A stretch of 64,000 bases of DNA from Myxococcota bacterium (GTDB taxonomy: Bacteria > Myxococcota > JACRCW01), in contig JBFMGU010000022.1 in assembly GCA_040752415.1 (NCBI GenBank), positions 163 through 64,162 on the forward strand, in the 5' to 3' direction. Positions 29,100 through 38,765 of this stretch are shown here, one piece after another. A program made the translations under genes and the position numbers. The notes beneath the pieces are model-generated. The model was not told where the DNA came from. It worked only from the letters and a program-made list of their open reading frames with translations, and made no database searches. The number at the start of each line of letters is the position of its first letter. Position 1 is the stretch's first letter.

Positions 29100-29343
29100 C
29101 ATCGGGCTTGCGGCGTCGTGAGCGGTCCACGACCTGGAGTGCGGCGGGCCCTCGCCGCCCTGGCCAGCGCCGAGTGCGTCGTCAGCGGGCGAGGAGCCCC
29201 GGGCCGTCGAGGACGGGGAATGCGAGGCGGCCGCGCCTGGTGGCCCCGTCGGCGGGCGCGAAACCCGCTCGGCGCTGACCAGGGCGGCGAGGGCCCGCCG
29301 CACTCCAGGTCGTGGACCGCTCACGACGTCCGCAAGCCCGATG
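29100..29343. repeat. Long spaced inverted repeat IR3: 75/76-bp arms with a 93-nt spacer
   Basis: 29100..29174 against the reverse complement of 29268..29343 shows one substitution and one 1-nt indel. Shares the words ccgcactccagg and ccgctcac with IR1. Confidence 0.9.
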
Positions 29344-29405
29344 AGCACCTTCTGTGCCGCGGTCTCCGACAGGCCGGGCAGGGGCACGGGCACGGGCACG
29401 AAGAT

Positions 29406-30074
29406 TCAGTAGGCCAGTGGCGCGCGCATGGGCGTGACGTCGCGCTGCGGCGTGCCTTCCTCCGACGGAGCAGGCGGCAACGGCTCGGCGCCGCGTTTCC
29501 TCTCGTCGGTCTCGCCCTCGTCGGGGATGGGATCCTGCGCGGAGAGCACGCCGCGTTGGATGAGTTTCACGCCCAGCCAGGGCGTGCACAGCGCGTAGCT
29601 CAGGCACATTCCCCACGTCCACACGCTGTAGATGCTGCCGCACGCGTCGTCGGCGCGGCGCATGGTGGAGCGCTTGGGGAAACATCCGTCCCGCATGCCA
29701 CCGGTGATGCACGAGTAGACCGCAAAGATGGCCACCACCACCGCCATGGCCAATCCCACGACGGAGATGATGAACGTCACCGGGAAGATGGCCACCAGCG
29801 TTACACCCAGCCACACCGTGAGGAACGAAGCCAGGTACTTCACCGCATTGCTGCGTCCCCACGGCGCGTAACCGTCCAGGCACGCCTCGCACGGCCAGGG
29901 CAGCGCCATGGGGCCGCAGAGGTACTGCTGCCAGGGGTTGTTCTCGTCCCGCTCGATGAGGTCGTTGCCGTCATCGTCGGCTTCCGCGTCGACGGGGACG
30001 GGCGCCGCGTGCGCCTCCGCCACCGACACCGTCAGCACCGTTGCCACCACGCAGAGCGCACGCAGGAACGCCAT
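29406..30074 (-). CDS. Secreted/membrane Cys-rich protein, unknown function
   Basis: Signal peptide MAFLRALCVVATVLTVSVAEAHA. Acidic stretch. TM helices (FLTVWLGVTLVAIFPVTFIISVVGLAMAVVVAIFAVY). Many Cys. Start at M40 of the track ORF. Confidence 0.6.
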   Translation of the reverse strand: MAFLRALCVVATVLTVSVAEAHAAPVPVDAEADDDGNDLIERDENNPWQQYLCGPMALPWPCEACLDGYAPWGRSNAVKYLASFLTVWLGVTLVAIFPVTFIISVVGLAMAVVVAIFAVYSCITGGMRDGCFPKRSTMRRADDACGSIYSVWTWGMCLSYALCTPWLGVKLIQRGVLSAQDPIPDEGETDERKRGAEPLPPAPSEEGTPQRDVTPMRAPLAY

Positions 30075-30120
30075 GGCCGGCCAGATTACCCCAGCCCCGT
30101 CCCGCGCGCCGCACGCAAGT

Positions 30121-31221
30121 TCAGGCCGCGTTGACGGCGTGGGAAGATGCCGCGGTGACGGTCTGCAGCTCGCCCTCGCTGAGATCGCCAATGGAGTGCG
30201 TGGGACGCAGCAACGGCGCCACCGGCGTGTGCACCAGCTCCGAGGAGGAATAGTGCTGCGCGAAGCGCGTGTCCTTCCGGTACACGTCGGCGAGCAGCTT
30301 CTCCTTCACCATGGAGTTGTACTGCCGCAGCGAGTCCTCCCGCGTGTTGCCGTTGAGGATGACCTCCTCCCCGGTGCGCGTGGCGTGGTCGGCCAGGCCG
30401 GGGATGCTGCTGTGTTGTGGCGCGTAGTTGTCCATGCACACGCCGTTCTCACTCACGGTGTAGCAACCGCTGTGCGGCGCGTGGAACAAGAGGCTCTGGT
30501 TCCCGTAGGTGTGGCCCGGCGTGAACAGCAAGGCCGCGCCGTTGCCCAGCTGCACGTCGCCGTCCAGGAGGACCAGGCGGTCGGTCTTGACGTCGTCACC
30601 GGCGCCCGGCACGAACCAGGGACGCTGCAGCGGGTGCTGGCTCACCGAGCTCTCGTAGTCGGCGCGCTGCACCAGGAAGAGCGCGCGTGGGTAGAGCGGC
30701 GGCAGCTCCGTGGTGCCCAGGAAGGGACGCATGTCCTGCACGTGCTGGTGGTCGAAGGCGACGTAGTCGATCTGCTCCGGCGCAATCCCGACGCCGCGCA
30801 GCTGGTCCGGCAACGACTGGGGCTTGAGCAGGCCGTAGATGGCGTCGACGAAGGGGATGCGCTGGTAGAGCTGCTGGAAGAACGGCGCCTGCAGCGAGCG
30901 CTCCGGGATGGTGGGGTTCATCAGGAGCGTCTTCACGACGCCCTGCTGCCGGAACTGCACCACCAGCGCGCGGTTCTGGAACAGCATGTAGGGGTAGGGG
31001 AGGCTGCACGCGCGGTTGAACGCGTAGGTCACCGGGTAGGGCGCCAGCGACGTGCGCAACGACCGCACCGCCACCACCGGCCCACTGGCGAGGAACTCCT
31101 TCTTGAACTGGGGCGCGAGCGAGCGGATGGCCTCCAACTGCCGCGCGGCGTTCTCCACGCGGTACACGTCACGCCACATGGTGAGCGGTGCGACACCGGC
31201 GTCCTTGGCGGTGAGCGTCAT
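30121..31221 (-). CDS. Metallo-beta-lactamase-fold protein
   Basis: AFDHQHVQD (HxH..D-like) and FTPGHTYGNQSLLFH (MBL PGHT motif). GGAGGGGG RBS before ATG 31221 (M46 of the track ORF). Confidence 0.6.
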   Translation of the reverse strand: MTLTAKDAGVAPLTMWRDVYRVENAARQLEAIRSLAPQFKKEFLASGPVVAVRSLRTSLAPYPVTYAFNRACSLPYPYMLFQNRALVVQFRQQGVVKTLLMNPTIPERSLQAPFFQQLYQRIPFVDAIYGLLKPQSLPDQLRGVGIAPEQIDYVAFDHQHVQDMRPFLGTTELPPLYPRALFLVQRADYESSVSQHPLQRPWFVPGAGDDVKTDRLVLLDGDVQLGNGAALLFTPGHTYGNQSLLFHAPHSGCYTVSENGVCMDNYAPQHSSIPGLADHATRTGEEVILNGNTREDSLRQYNSMVKEKLLADVYRKDTRFAQHYSSSELVHTPVAPLLRPTHSIGDLSEGELQTVTAASSHAVNAA

Positions 31222-31409
31222 GACAACCCCCTCCAGTTGCAGCGACGGAAGCGCGCCGCTGGCGACGTTCCACCCGCCAACCCACGACGCGACGGGCGTT
31301 ACCGGGAACAGACCGGTGCACTTGTAGAGAAGCGCGCGCCGACGGTCAACGAGCACCAGGACGCACCAGCGCCTTCGAAAGCGGCCCGCGGGCGGCTAGA
31401 ACCTTTCCC

Positions 31410-31790
31410 ATGCACAAAGGTTCCTGTCTGTGTGGCGCAGTGACGTTTGAAGTGGCGGGTGACCTGCCAGGACCCGACGCGTGTCATTGCACCAGGTGTC
31501 GCAAGTGGTCGGGGCACTGCTTTGCGTCCACCGACGTGAAACGGAGCGCGCTCATGGTCAGCGGCATGGAGAGCGTGACCTGGTATCGCTCGTCGGAGAA
31601 GGTGCAACGCGGGTTCTGCTCGGTGTGCGGCTCGTCGCTGTTCTTCGACCCGTTGGGCAAGGATTGGATCGGCGTGTCGATGGGCGCGTTCGAAAAGCCG
31701 ACGGATACACGGCTCCGGGTGCACATCTTCGTGGCGGACAAGGGGGATTACTACGACATCGCGGATGGGGTTCCGCAGAATCAGCAATAG
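31410..31790 (+). CDS. GFA (glutathione-dependent formaldehyde-activating / CENP-V) family protein
   Basis: GSCLCGAVTFEV...CHCTRCRKWSG...GFCSVCGSSLFF: the Zn-binding Cys pattern of the GFA family. Confidence 0.85.
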   Translation: MHKGSCLCGAVTFEVAGDLPGPDACHCTRCRKWSGHCFASTDVKRSALMVSGMESVTWYRSSEKVQRGFCSVCGSSLFFDPLGKDWIGVSMGAFEKPTDTRLRVHIFVADKGDYYDIADGVPQNQQ

Positions 31791-31889
31791 TCGCGACGAC
31801 GCGGCAGCGCTTCCGTCCGGCTTGGCGCGCCGCCCCATCCTGCGTCTGGGCTTGCGTGCTCAACCGGCAACGGCCAACGTTCCCTACCC

Positions 31890-32966
31890 ATGGGCTGGCG
31901 CTGCGTGCTCCTCGTGGTCGTGTCGCTCGTCGCCATGGGTGGCTGTCCCGCGTGTCAGCCCGTGGACGCGCAAGCCTGGCCCGAGGCCGACGCGCTCTTC
32001 CACACCGACCCGCGCTGGATCGGCGGAGACGGCGCCATGACCGTCGACCTCGGCGACGACCGCATCCTGTGGCTGTTTGGTGACTCGTTCATCGCCAACA
32101 CGCCGGAGCGCGTCCGTGCGCGATCGCACATGGTGCGAAACAGCGTGGCGCTGCAGACCGGGCGCAATCCCGCCCAGGCGTTCATGCGCTTCGCGTGGGC
32201 CGGTGATGCGCTCGAGCCGAGATCCTGGTTTCCCGAGGAGGGCGCGGAGTGGTTCTGGCCCGGGCAGGGCGTGCGTCTGGGCGACCGCGTGCTGCTCTTC
32301 TACCTGCGCATCAAGCAGGTGGGAGAGGGCATGTGGGGATTTGCCAGCGCGGGGTGGACGGCCACGCTCGCCGGCCCCGTCGACGCGGACCTGAATCAGT
32401 GGACCTTCCAACCCGTGGCACTCCCGGCGAGCTCATTCGGCGTCAACTGGGGCCACGCCGTGCTCGACGAGCCGGACGGGCACCTCTACGTCTACGGAGA
32501 ACGCGGTCGCGAGCATGCCATCCTGCTGGTGAGGTTCCGTCGTGATGACGCCGAGCGCGGCGATCTTTCCAAACCGGAGTGGTGGTGCGGCCCGCGCGGC
32601 TGGGGCGGTGACTGCGAGCCGGAGGAGCTGTTCTCGCCGGGTGCGCCCGAGCTCTCGGTGCAACGCGATTCCCGCGCCGGTGGCTTCGTGATGGTGCACA
32701 CCGTCGGCTTTGGTGCTTCCACGCTTGCCATCCGCACCGCGCCAACGCCCCAGGGCCCCTGGTCGGCCACGCGCGACGTCTACACCCCGCAGGAGTCCGC
32801 CGAGCAGGACACCCTCGTCTACGCCGGCAAGGGACACCCGGGTCTCACCGGCGCCGACGTGGTGGCGACGTACGTGGCCGGCAGGCTGGGCACAATTCCC
32901 GTCGAGGAGGAGCACCGCCTCTACTGGCCACGATTCGTACGCATCAACTGGGAGGGCGTGCCGTGA
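31890..32966 (+). CDS. DUF4185-like secreted lipoprotein (possible glycoside hydrolase)
   Basis: MGWRCVLLVVVSLVAMGGC lipobox. DPRWIGGDGAMTVDLGDDRILWLFGDSFI resembles the DUF4185 N-terminal signature as I recall it. Confidence 0.6.
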   Translation: MGWRCVLLVVVSLVAMGGCPACQPVDAQAWPEADALFHTDPRWIGGDGAMTVDLGDDRILWLFGDSFIANTPERVRARSHMVRNSVALQTGRNPAQAFMRFAWAGDALEPRSWFPEEGAEWFWPGQGVRLGDRVLLFYLRIKQVGEGMWGFASAGWTATLAGPVDADLNQWTFQPVALPASSFGVNWGHAVLDEPDGHLYVYGERGREHAILLVRFRRDDAERGDLSKPEWWCGPRGWGGDCEPEELFSPGAPELSVQRDSRAGGFVMVHTVGFGASTLAIRTAPTPQGPWSATRDVYTPQESAEQDTLVYAGKGHPGLTGADVVATYVAGRLGTIPVEEEHRLYWPRFVRINWEGVP

Positions 32967-33987
32967 AACGCCTGGCGCCTTGGTTCCTCGTCGTGGCGGC
33001 GTGCCAACCGACCACCGTGTTGCCACCCGGCGGCACCGCGAAAGCTCCCACCCCGGCCGAGCCGCCGGAAGCCACCGCGTGCGCCCTGCGCAACGCCACG
33101 GTCTCGCGACGCGCGCTCTCCACGACGGTCGACGGCGGCGTGTTGTGGCTCTTTGACGCCGTGGTGGACGAGGGAGGTGAGCAACGCAACATGGCCGCGC
33201 TGCTCCCAACCAACGCGACCACCGAGGCGTGTCTGCAGGATGCGCCAGCTCCGCAGCCCGCCGTGACATCGTCGCCGGGCGGCACCGCGTCTCCGCTGTC
33301 GCTGGTGACCGTTGCGGGTGGAACGTGGCTGTACTTCGGCTGGGACGTGGCGGACTCGAGTGCTCCGTTCGGCGTGCGTCATGACGGCTATGGCGTGGCC
33401 CGGCGTGACGACGTCACCGGCACCTTCTCCGCCGGCCCTCCGCTGTTGTGGACCGGCGACCGCCCGGCGTTCGGCACCACCGCGATTGCCCACGATGGCT
33501 TCGTCTACGCCTACGGCTGCGAGGGTTTTGGTTTCCTGCGGGAACAGTGTTTCGTGGCGCGTGCCCCGGAGGACCAGGTGGCCAACGAGGCTGGATACGA
33601 GTTCTACGCCGGGGCGGTCATTGGACGCCGCGGGTCGACGACGCCTGGCCGATCGTCGAGGGGGGCACCAGCCTGTCCATCTTCCGTCACGCCACGCGGG
33701 CGCGCTGGGTGCTGGCGTACATCAAGCCATTGGACAAGGTGATTCACATCCGCACCGGTCTGGCGCCCGAGGGGCCGTGGTCCGCCGCGCGTGCCGTGGC
33801 TACCTGTGACCGTCCCGACGACGACAGCGGCGCCTTCTGCGACTCGCTCGTGGCCCACCCGACGCTGATGGTGCCCGGTGGCGGCGTGGCGTTGACTCAT
33901 GGTGTCTCGTCGTTCTCGCCCACCGCGCCGCCCGAAGCTTATCGCGTCCGTCTCACCAGCGTGGTGTTGCCCAACGACCTTCCGTGA
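32963..33987 (+). pseudogene. Second DUF4185-like gene, frameshifted in a G-run at about 33611..33614
   Basis: GTGA overlap with the upstream stop. Frame 1 gives MKRLAPWFLVVAAC...GYEFYAG, then R/S/P-rich nonsense. Frame 2 (track ORF 33448..33987) continues GGHWTPRVDDAWPIVEGGTSLSIFRH...LAPEGPWSAARAV, parallel to the paralogue's ...LSVQRD...APTPQGPWSATRDV. Confidence 0.55.
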
Positions 33988-34059
33988 ATGGCGACGGGCG
34001 CGGCTCCTTTGAAACGGCTCTTGGCTTCCGCCAATGAGATGGGCAGGCCATGAGACGGC

Positions 34060-34404
34060 TTAGGGGCTGCGTCTGGCTGCGTCCAAACAGATTGGCACTT
34101 TCGTCGTGGGCGGCGAACACCTAACCCCCCACGTTCATGCCGTTGCGCTCGATCGCCCCCCTTCCCCACACCCGCTCACCGTCGTCAACCACTGCGGGGA
34201 AGGGGGGCACGCATTGGGATTGGGACATTCTCTCGTCGGAAAGAGCGCAGCTGCGCCCATTGATTGCCCCCCTTCCCCGGCTCGGTGACGACGGAAGATT
34301 GGTACTGGGGAAGGGGGGCGAGAGAGCGCAACGGCATGAACGTGGGGGGTTAGGTGTTCGCCGGCCACGACGAGAGTGCCAATTTGTTAGGACACAGCCC
34401 CTAA
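34060..34404. repeat. Composite inverted repeat IR4 with two nested identical-stem hairpins
   Basis: Outer arms are 34060..34150 and 34324..34404; the inner 29 bp are perfect, with mismatches and an indel further out. Inside are two hairpins with identical 13-bp stems gccccccttcccc/ggggaaggggggc (34155..34208 and 34266..34319), each with a 28-nt loop. Confidence 0.88.
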
Positions 34405-34511
34405 CGGGCGAGCGAGCGCCACGGCATGAACGTGGGGGTGCCCGAACCCGATTGAAGCCCCTCCGCCTCGGGACTACCGTCGCTTCCAGGTCACGATGAA
34501 CCGGGGGGACC

Positions 34512-37349
34512 ATGCCAAGGCGTCGGCGGGGAGCGTTGTTGCTGTGCGTGTTGGTGGGGGCCTGCCCGAACCCACCTGACAACGGGGCCACTTCGAGCGG
34601 CGGTGGTGAATCGACATCGTCTGCAGCGACGTCGGCGTCTTCGACAGGTGGCGCTTCCGGTTCCAGCGCCAGCGGCTCGTCGTCATCATCGGGTGCGCCC
34701 TTCTCGTCGAGCACCGCGGTTTCGCCATCCAGTTCCACGTCGGCATCATCCAGCGCGTCGTCGTCAAGTGGCGCGCCTGCGACTTCCAGCGGCTCGTCAT
34801 CGCATGACCCGGCCTCGTCCACGACAAGCGCCACGAGCGGTTCGCTGGTCTCGTCCTCCTCCTCATCCGGCTCATCTTCGTCCGCCGCCTCCTCATCTGG
34901 TGGCGCCACACAGACCTCGTCCTCCAGCGCGCAAACCGTTGAGACCGCGATCGGCCTTCGAGGCGGAACCGCGGTTGACCCGACGGGGCGCGCCGCCGTC
35001 GAGTTCCTTCCTGGTGCGGTTGCCGAAGGAACCGTCGTGGGCGTGACGCTCGAGCCCAACGCTCCCGGCGGCCACATTGGTCCGGCCTATCGAATCGAAC
35101 CCGAAGGAATCGCGCTCGCCATGCCGGCGGTCGTCACGCTGTCGTATCTCGACCTCGACCTTGGCGGCGTGACGCCGGGCGATCTGCGCGTGGCCTATGT
35201 GAAGAACGGCGCATGGACGCCCGTGACCTGGGTGGGCCACGACGACGTGGCGCGTACCGTCTCCGGCCAGACCATGCACTTCTCCACCTGGGGCCTTGTC
35301 GAGCGCACCGCATCCGCTTCGTCTTCAGGTGGTGGCCAGACGCCGTCCACGCAGCTCGAAGGAATCTGTCCCATCCTGGCCAGTGGCTACATGAAGGGCG
35401 CCGTCGCTTCCTATCAACTCACCTTCGGCGGACCCGACTGTCCCTACTTCGTAGTTACCGACGAACAGGCCTACGAATCGGTCTTCGGTGACTTCACGTC
35501 GAATCTCAATGCGCTATGTGATCCGGAGGGCGGCCTCATCGCGCGCTGGGTGGCGCAGATCGCGGCGTCGCAGGCGGCCGGGCGACTCATCTATGACCCC
35601 GTTGCGGCGGAGGGATGTCTGCAGGCCGGGCTTGCCCTTCGCAGCCCGACGGACGGAGGTCTCCTTGAGCTCATCGCCAGGTACGACGGCGGCGTCGGGC
35701 CATTGCAGGAGGCGGTTCGCAACACCAGCGGCTGTGAGGAGATGATCATCGGTCTCGTCGGAGCGGGCGAGCCGTGCACCCACAGCCTCGAGTGCGCACA
35801 AGGCGCCACCGGTGCGGACTGCATGCGCTCCGTGGACAGCGACTGCCAGCACATCTGCGTGCCGCGGAGCGACCAGGGCGGCCGGTGCGTGCGCGACCGC
35901 ATCGGCTGCAAGGCGGGCCTCACGTGCGTGGGCGCGGACTACAACGTCGGCACCTGTGAGGCTCCGCGTGGGAATCTTGCGTCCTGTGTCGTCGGAACCA
36001 ACACCATTCCCTGCCAGGAGGGCCTGTTCTGCAACTATTTCCCCGGCGTGGGTCCCTGGGACAAGCTGTGCCACGTCCACTACGACCAGGGACAGAGCTG
36101 CGAGCGCACCCAACAGTGTCGGGACGGCCTCTATTGCGAGTCCTCGTCTTCGAGCGGCGGAGTGTGCGCCCCCCGACCTACCGCCGGCCAGCCTTGCACC
36201 TACGACGAGTGCGCTTCCTGTCACGCGTGCGTCCGGTCTGGTGATGGAGGAAGACATTGCGCCCCGCGCGTCGGTGATGGCGCGTTGTGTCCGGACGGAG
36301 TCTGCCGCGGTGGCTTGGCCTGCGTCGGCGGGCAGTGTCTCCGTCGGGCGCTCACCGGAGAACCGTGCGTGCTCGACCCGACGGACATGCCGTCCTGGGA
36401 GGCGGCGTCATTGCGCGGCTCCTGCCTCGACCAGGATGAGGCCTGCGTTGGTACGCCTCCGACCTGTCAGCCGCGGGCGCTCGCCGGAGAGGCCTGCACC
36501 TCGCGGATGGTCGCCACGTCTGAACAAGGGAGCTGCGAGAGGGATCACTACTGTCTGCGGTCCGCGCCGACGGACACCAGCGGCATTTGTCATCCCGCCG
36601 GTCTTCCCGGACGCGCATGTGGAACCACGCCTGATCTTCCCGCGGGTTGTCAGCGCATCGGTGCAGCGGATCCCGACTGCGTCACGTTTGACGGCGGCAG
36701 CAGGTGCTTGTGGGTGTTTGACGCGCCGCTGGGAAGCGAGTGCTACGACGAAGGGCTGACGACCAACCCCACCTGCACGCCCGGCCACTGCATGGACGGC
36801 TTCTGCACCCTGGATGCGGGCAGCGCCATTCCGCCCGGGTACGTTGGCGTTGGAGAAGCGTGCACGCAGCTCATGACGCCGCGGTGTTGGAGCTCCTGGT
36901 GCGATGGGCAGACCTTCTACAACGGCATCTGCCGCGGCTACGTGCAGCCGGGCGCTCCCTGTGCGCTGGTGACCGGGATGTTCGGCTCCTACGACCCGTG
37001 CAACCCCTCGACGCTGTGCCGCAGCGCGGGCGACGGCGGCTCGGTGTGCGTGGAGCGATACGGAGAGAACCAGGTCTGCTCCCCGGGCGAGTGCCGCGAG
37101 GACCTGCGGTGCGCATCCGTCGACGGCGGTGTGGCGCGCTGCGTGCCCAAGCTGCCCGTCGGCGCATCATGCAGCGGCAACGACTGCGTTGCAGGAACGC
37201 AATGCTACGCCGGGCGGTGCGAACCGCTCGCTTGCTTTGCTCCGCCGTCCGTCTCGGCCGATGAGAAGGTCCGCTGGTGGCTGTTCATCACCGGCATCGT
37301 GCCGCTGGCGCTCGTGATGGGGCGGTCCCGGAGACGGCGCGCGACCTGA
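34512..37349 (+). CDS. Large Cys-rich surface protein with Ser-rich N-terminal linker and C-terminal TM/Arg-rich anchor
   Basis: LLLCVLVGAC lipobox-like start. About 130 aa of S/G/T/A low complexity. Many repeats of the type G..C....C..GL.C.....C. The end reads WWLFITGIVPLALVMGRSRRRRAT, like a MYXO-CTERM-style anchor. Confidence 0.75.
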   Translation: MPRRRRGALLLCVLVGACPNPPDNGATSSGGGESTSSAATSASSTGGASGSSASGSSSSSGAPFSSSTAVSPSSSTSASSSASSSSGAPATSSGSSSHDPASSTTSATSGSLVSSSSSSGSSSSAASSSGGATQTSSSSAQTVETAIGLRGGTAVDPTGRAAVEFLPGAVAEGTVVGVTLEPNAPGGHIGPAYRIEPEGIALAMPAVVTLSYLDLDLGGVTPGDLRVAYVKNGAWTPVTWVGHDDVARTVSGQTMHFSTWGLVERTASASSSGGGQTPSTQLEGICPILASGYMKGAVASYQLTFGGPDCPYFVVTDEQAYESVFGDFTSNLNALCDPEGGLIARWVAQIAASQAAGRLIYDPVAAEGCLQAGLALRSPTDGGLLELIARYDGGVGPLQEAVRNTSGCEEMIIGLVGAGEPCTHSLECAQGATGADCMRSVDSDCQHICVPRSDQGGRCVRDRIGCKAGLTCVGADYNVGTCEAPRGNLASCVVGTNTIPCQEGLFCNYFPGVGPWDKLCHVHYDQGQSCERTQQCRDGLYCESSSSSGGVCAPRPTAGQPCTYDECASCHACVRSGDGGRHCAPRVGDGALCPDGVCRGGLACVGGQCLRRALTGEPCVLDPTDMPSWEAASLRGSCLDQDEACVGTPPTCQPRALAGEACTSRMVATSEQGSCERDHYCLRSAPTDTSGICHPAGLPGRACGTTPDLPAGCQRIGAADPDCVTFDGGSRCLWVFDAPLGSECYDEGLTTNPTCTPGHCMDGFCTLDAGSAIPPGYVGVGEACTQLMTPRCWSSWCDGQTFYNGICRGYVQPGAPCALVTGMFGSYDPCNPSTLCRSAGDGGSVCVERYGENQVCSPGECREDLRCASVDGGVARCVPKLPVGASCSGNDCVAGTQCYAGRCEPLACFAPPSVSADEKVRWWLFITGIVPLALVMGRSRRRRAT

Positions 37350-37368
37350 CCGCTGGCAGTTGGCGTTG

Positions 37369-38634
37369 CTACGGGAAGCGCCGGAACAACAGGGACGCGT
37401 TGGTACCGCCGAATCCGAAGCTGTTGGACAGCACGTAGTCCAAGCGCTTCTCGCGCGCGGCATTGGGTACGTAGTCCAGGTCGCAGACCGGGTCCGGATT
37501 CTCGTGGTTGATGGTGGGCGGAATCACGCCGCGAGCAAGACTCAGCACGCTGAACGCCGCCTCCACACCGCCCGCCGCACCAATCAGGTGTCCCGTCATG
37601 CTCTTGGTGCTGCTCACCCACACCTTCCTGGCTGCGTCACCGAACACGCGCTTGATCGCCGCGGTCTCATTGGCGTCGTTGTACTCGGTGCTGGTGCCGT
37701 GCGCGTTGATGTACCCGACGTCCGAGGGCTCGATCCCCGCCTGACGGATGGCGCGTCGCATGGACCGCTGCGCGCCCTCACCTTCGGGCGCCGGCGCGGT
37801 GGGATGGCTCGCGTCGGCCGTGGCGCCGTAGCCCACCACCTCCGCGTAGATCCGCGCCCCGCGTTTCTGTGCATGCTCCAGGCTTTCGAGCACCAGGGCG
37901 CCCGCGCCTTCGCCCATCACAAAGCCGTCGCGGTCTTTGTCGAAGGGCCGGCTCGCCGCCTTGGGATTGTCGTTGCGCGTGCTCAACGCCCGCATGGCAC
38001 AAAAGCCCGCCACCGGCATCAACTCCAGGGTTGCCTCCGCGCCACCTGTCAGCACCACCTCATAGCGCCCGGCACGAACCATCTCGAAGGCCTCCCCCAC
38101 GGCGTGCGCACCCGATGCGCAGGCACTGGTGGGGCAAAAGTTCACGCCCTTGAGGTTGTGCTTCATCGACAAATAGCCCGGGGCCATGTTGGCGATGATC
38201 TGCAGGATGTGGAACGGGCTGGCGCGACGACGCGGACCGGTCTCGAGGAGGATGTGGTGGCACTCCGTGATCGTGGTGACACCACCCATGCCCACGCCCC
38301 AGATGCACGCCGCGTCCTCCGCTTCCTCGTCGGAGACGCGGGGAATCCCCTCGCTGTCGGCGGGATAGCCGGCGTCCTTCATGGCCTGGTAACCGGCGGC
38401 CAGGCCAAAGAGCTGGAAGTCATCCATCCGCCGGACTTCCTTGGAGGTCACGCCGTATTGGGTGGGGTCGAACCCCTTGACCTCACCACCAATGCGGCAG
38501 GCCACCTCACTGGTGTCCCAGGCCTTGATGAGATCGATGCCCGAGCGCCCATTCACCACGGCGTCCCAGGTGGTGGGAACATCATTGCCACACGGCGTCA
38601 CCATGCCCAGCCCGGTCACCACGACCCTTCGCAT
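37369..38634 (-). CDS. fabF: Beta-ketoacyl-ACP synthase II (FabF-type), cluster-associated
   Basis: [14 protein letters not shown]. Active-site [59 protein letters not shown] before ATG 38634. Confidence 0.9.
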   Translation of the reverse strand: MRRVVVTGLGMVTPCGNDVPTTWDAVVNGRSGIDLIKAWDTSEVACRIGGEVKGFDPTQYGVTSKEVRRMDDFQLFGLAAGYQAMKDAGYPADSEGIPRVSDEEAEDAACIWGVGMGGVTTITECHHILLETGPRRRASPFHILQIIANMAPGYLSMKHNLKGVNFCPTSACASGAHAVGEAFEMVRAGRYEVVLTGGAEATLELMPVAGFCAMRALSTRNDNPKAASRPFDKDRDGFVMGEGAGALVLESLEHAQKRGARIYAEVVGYGATADASHPTAPAPEGEGAQRSMRRAIRQAGIEPSDVGYINAHGTSTEYNDANETAAIKRVFGDAARKVWVSSTKSMTGHLIGAAGGVEAAFSVLSLARGVIPPTINHENPDPVCDLDYVPNAAREKRLDYVLSNSFGFGGTNASLLFRRFP

Positions 38635-38765
38635 GATTCACTCCTGTTGAAGAGGGCGTCCGGCCTCACGTGACTCCACGTGCCAGCAACCCCGTGAGAG
38701 AGCGCTTGGATTCTCGTCGCCCCGCGGCACGACGTCGGAGACGCATTCCACGAAACCCGCCTGCA

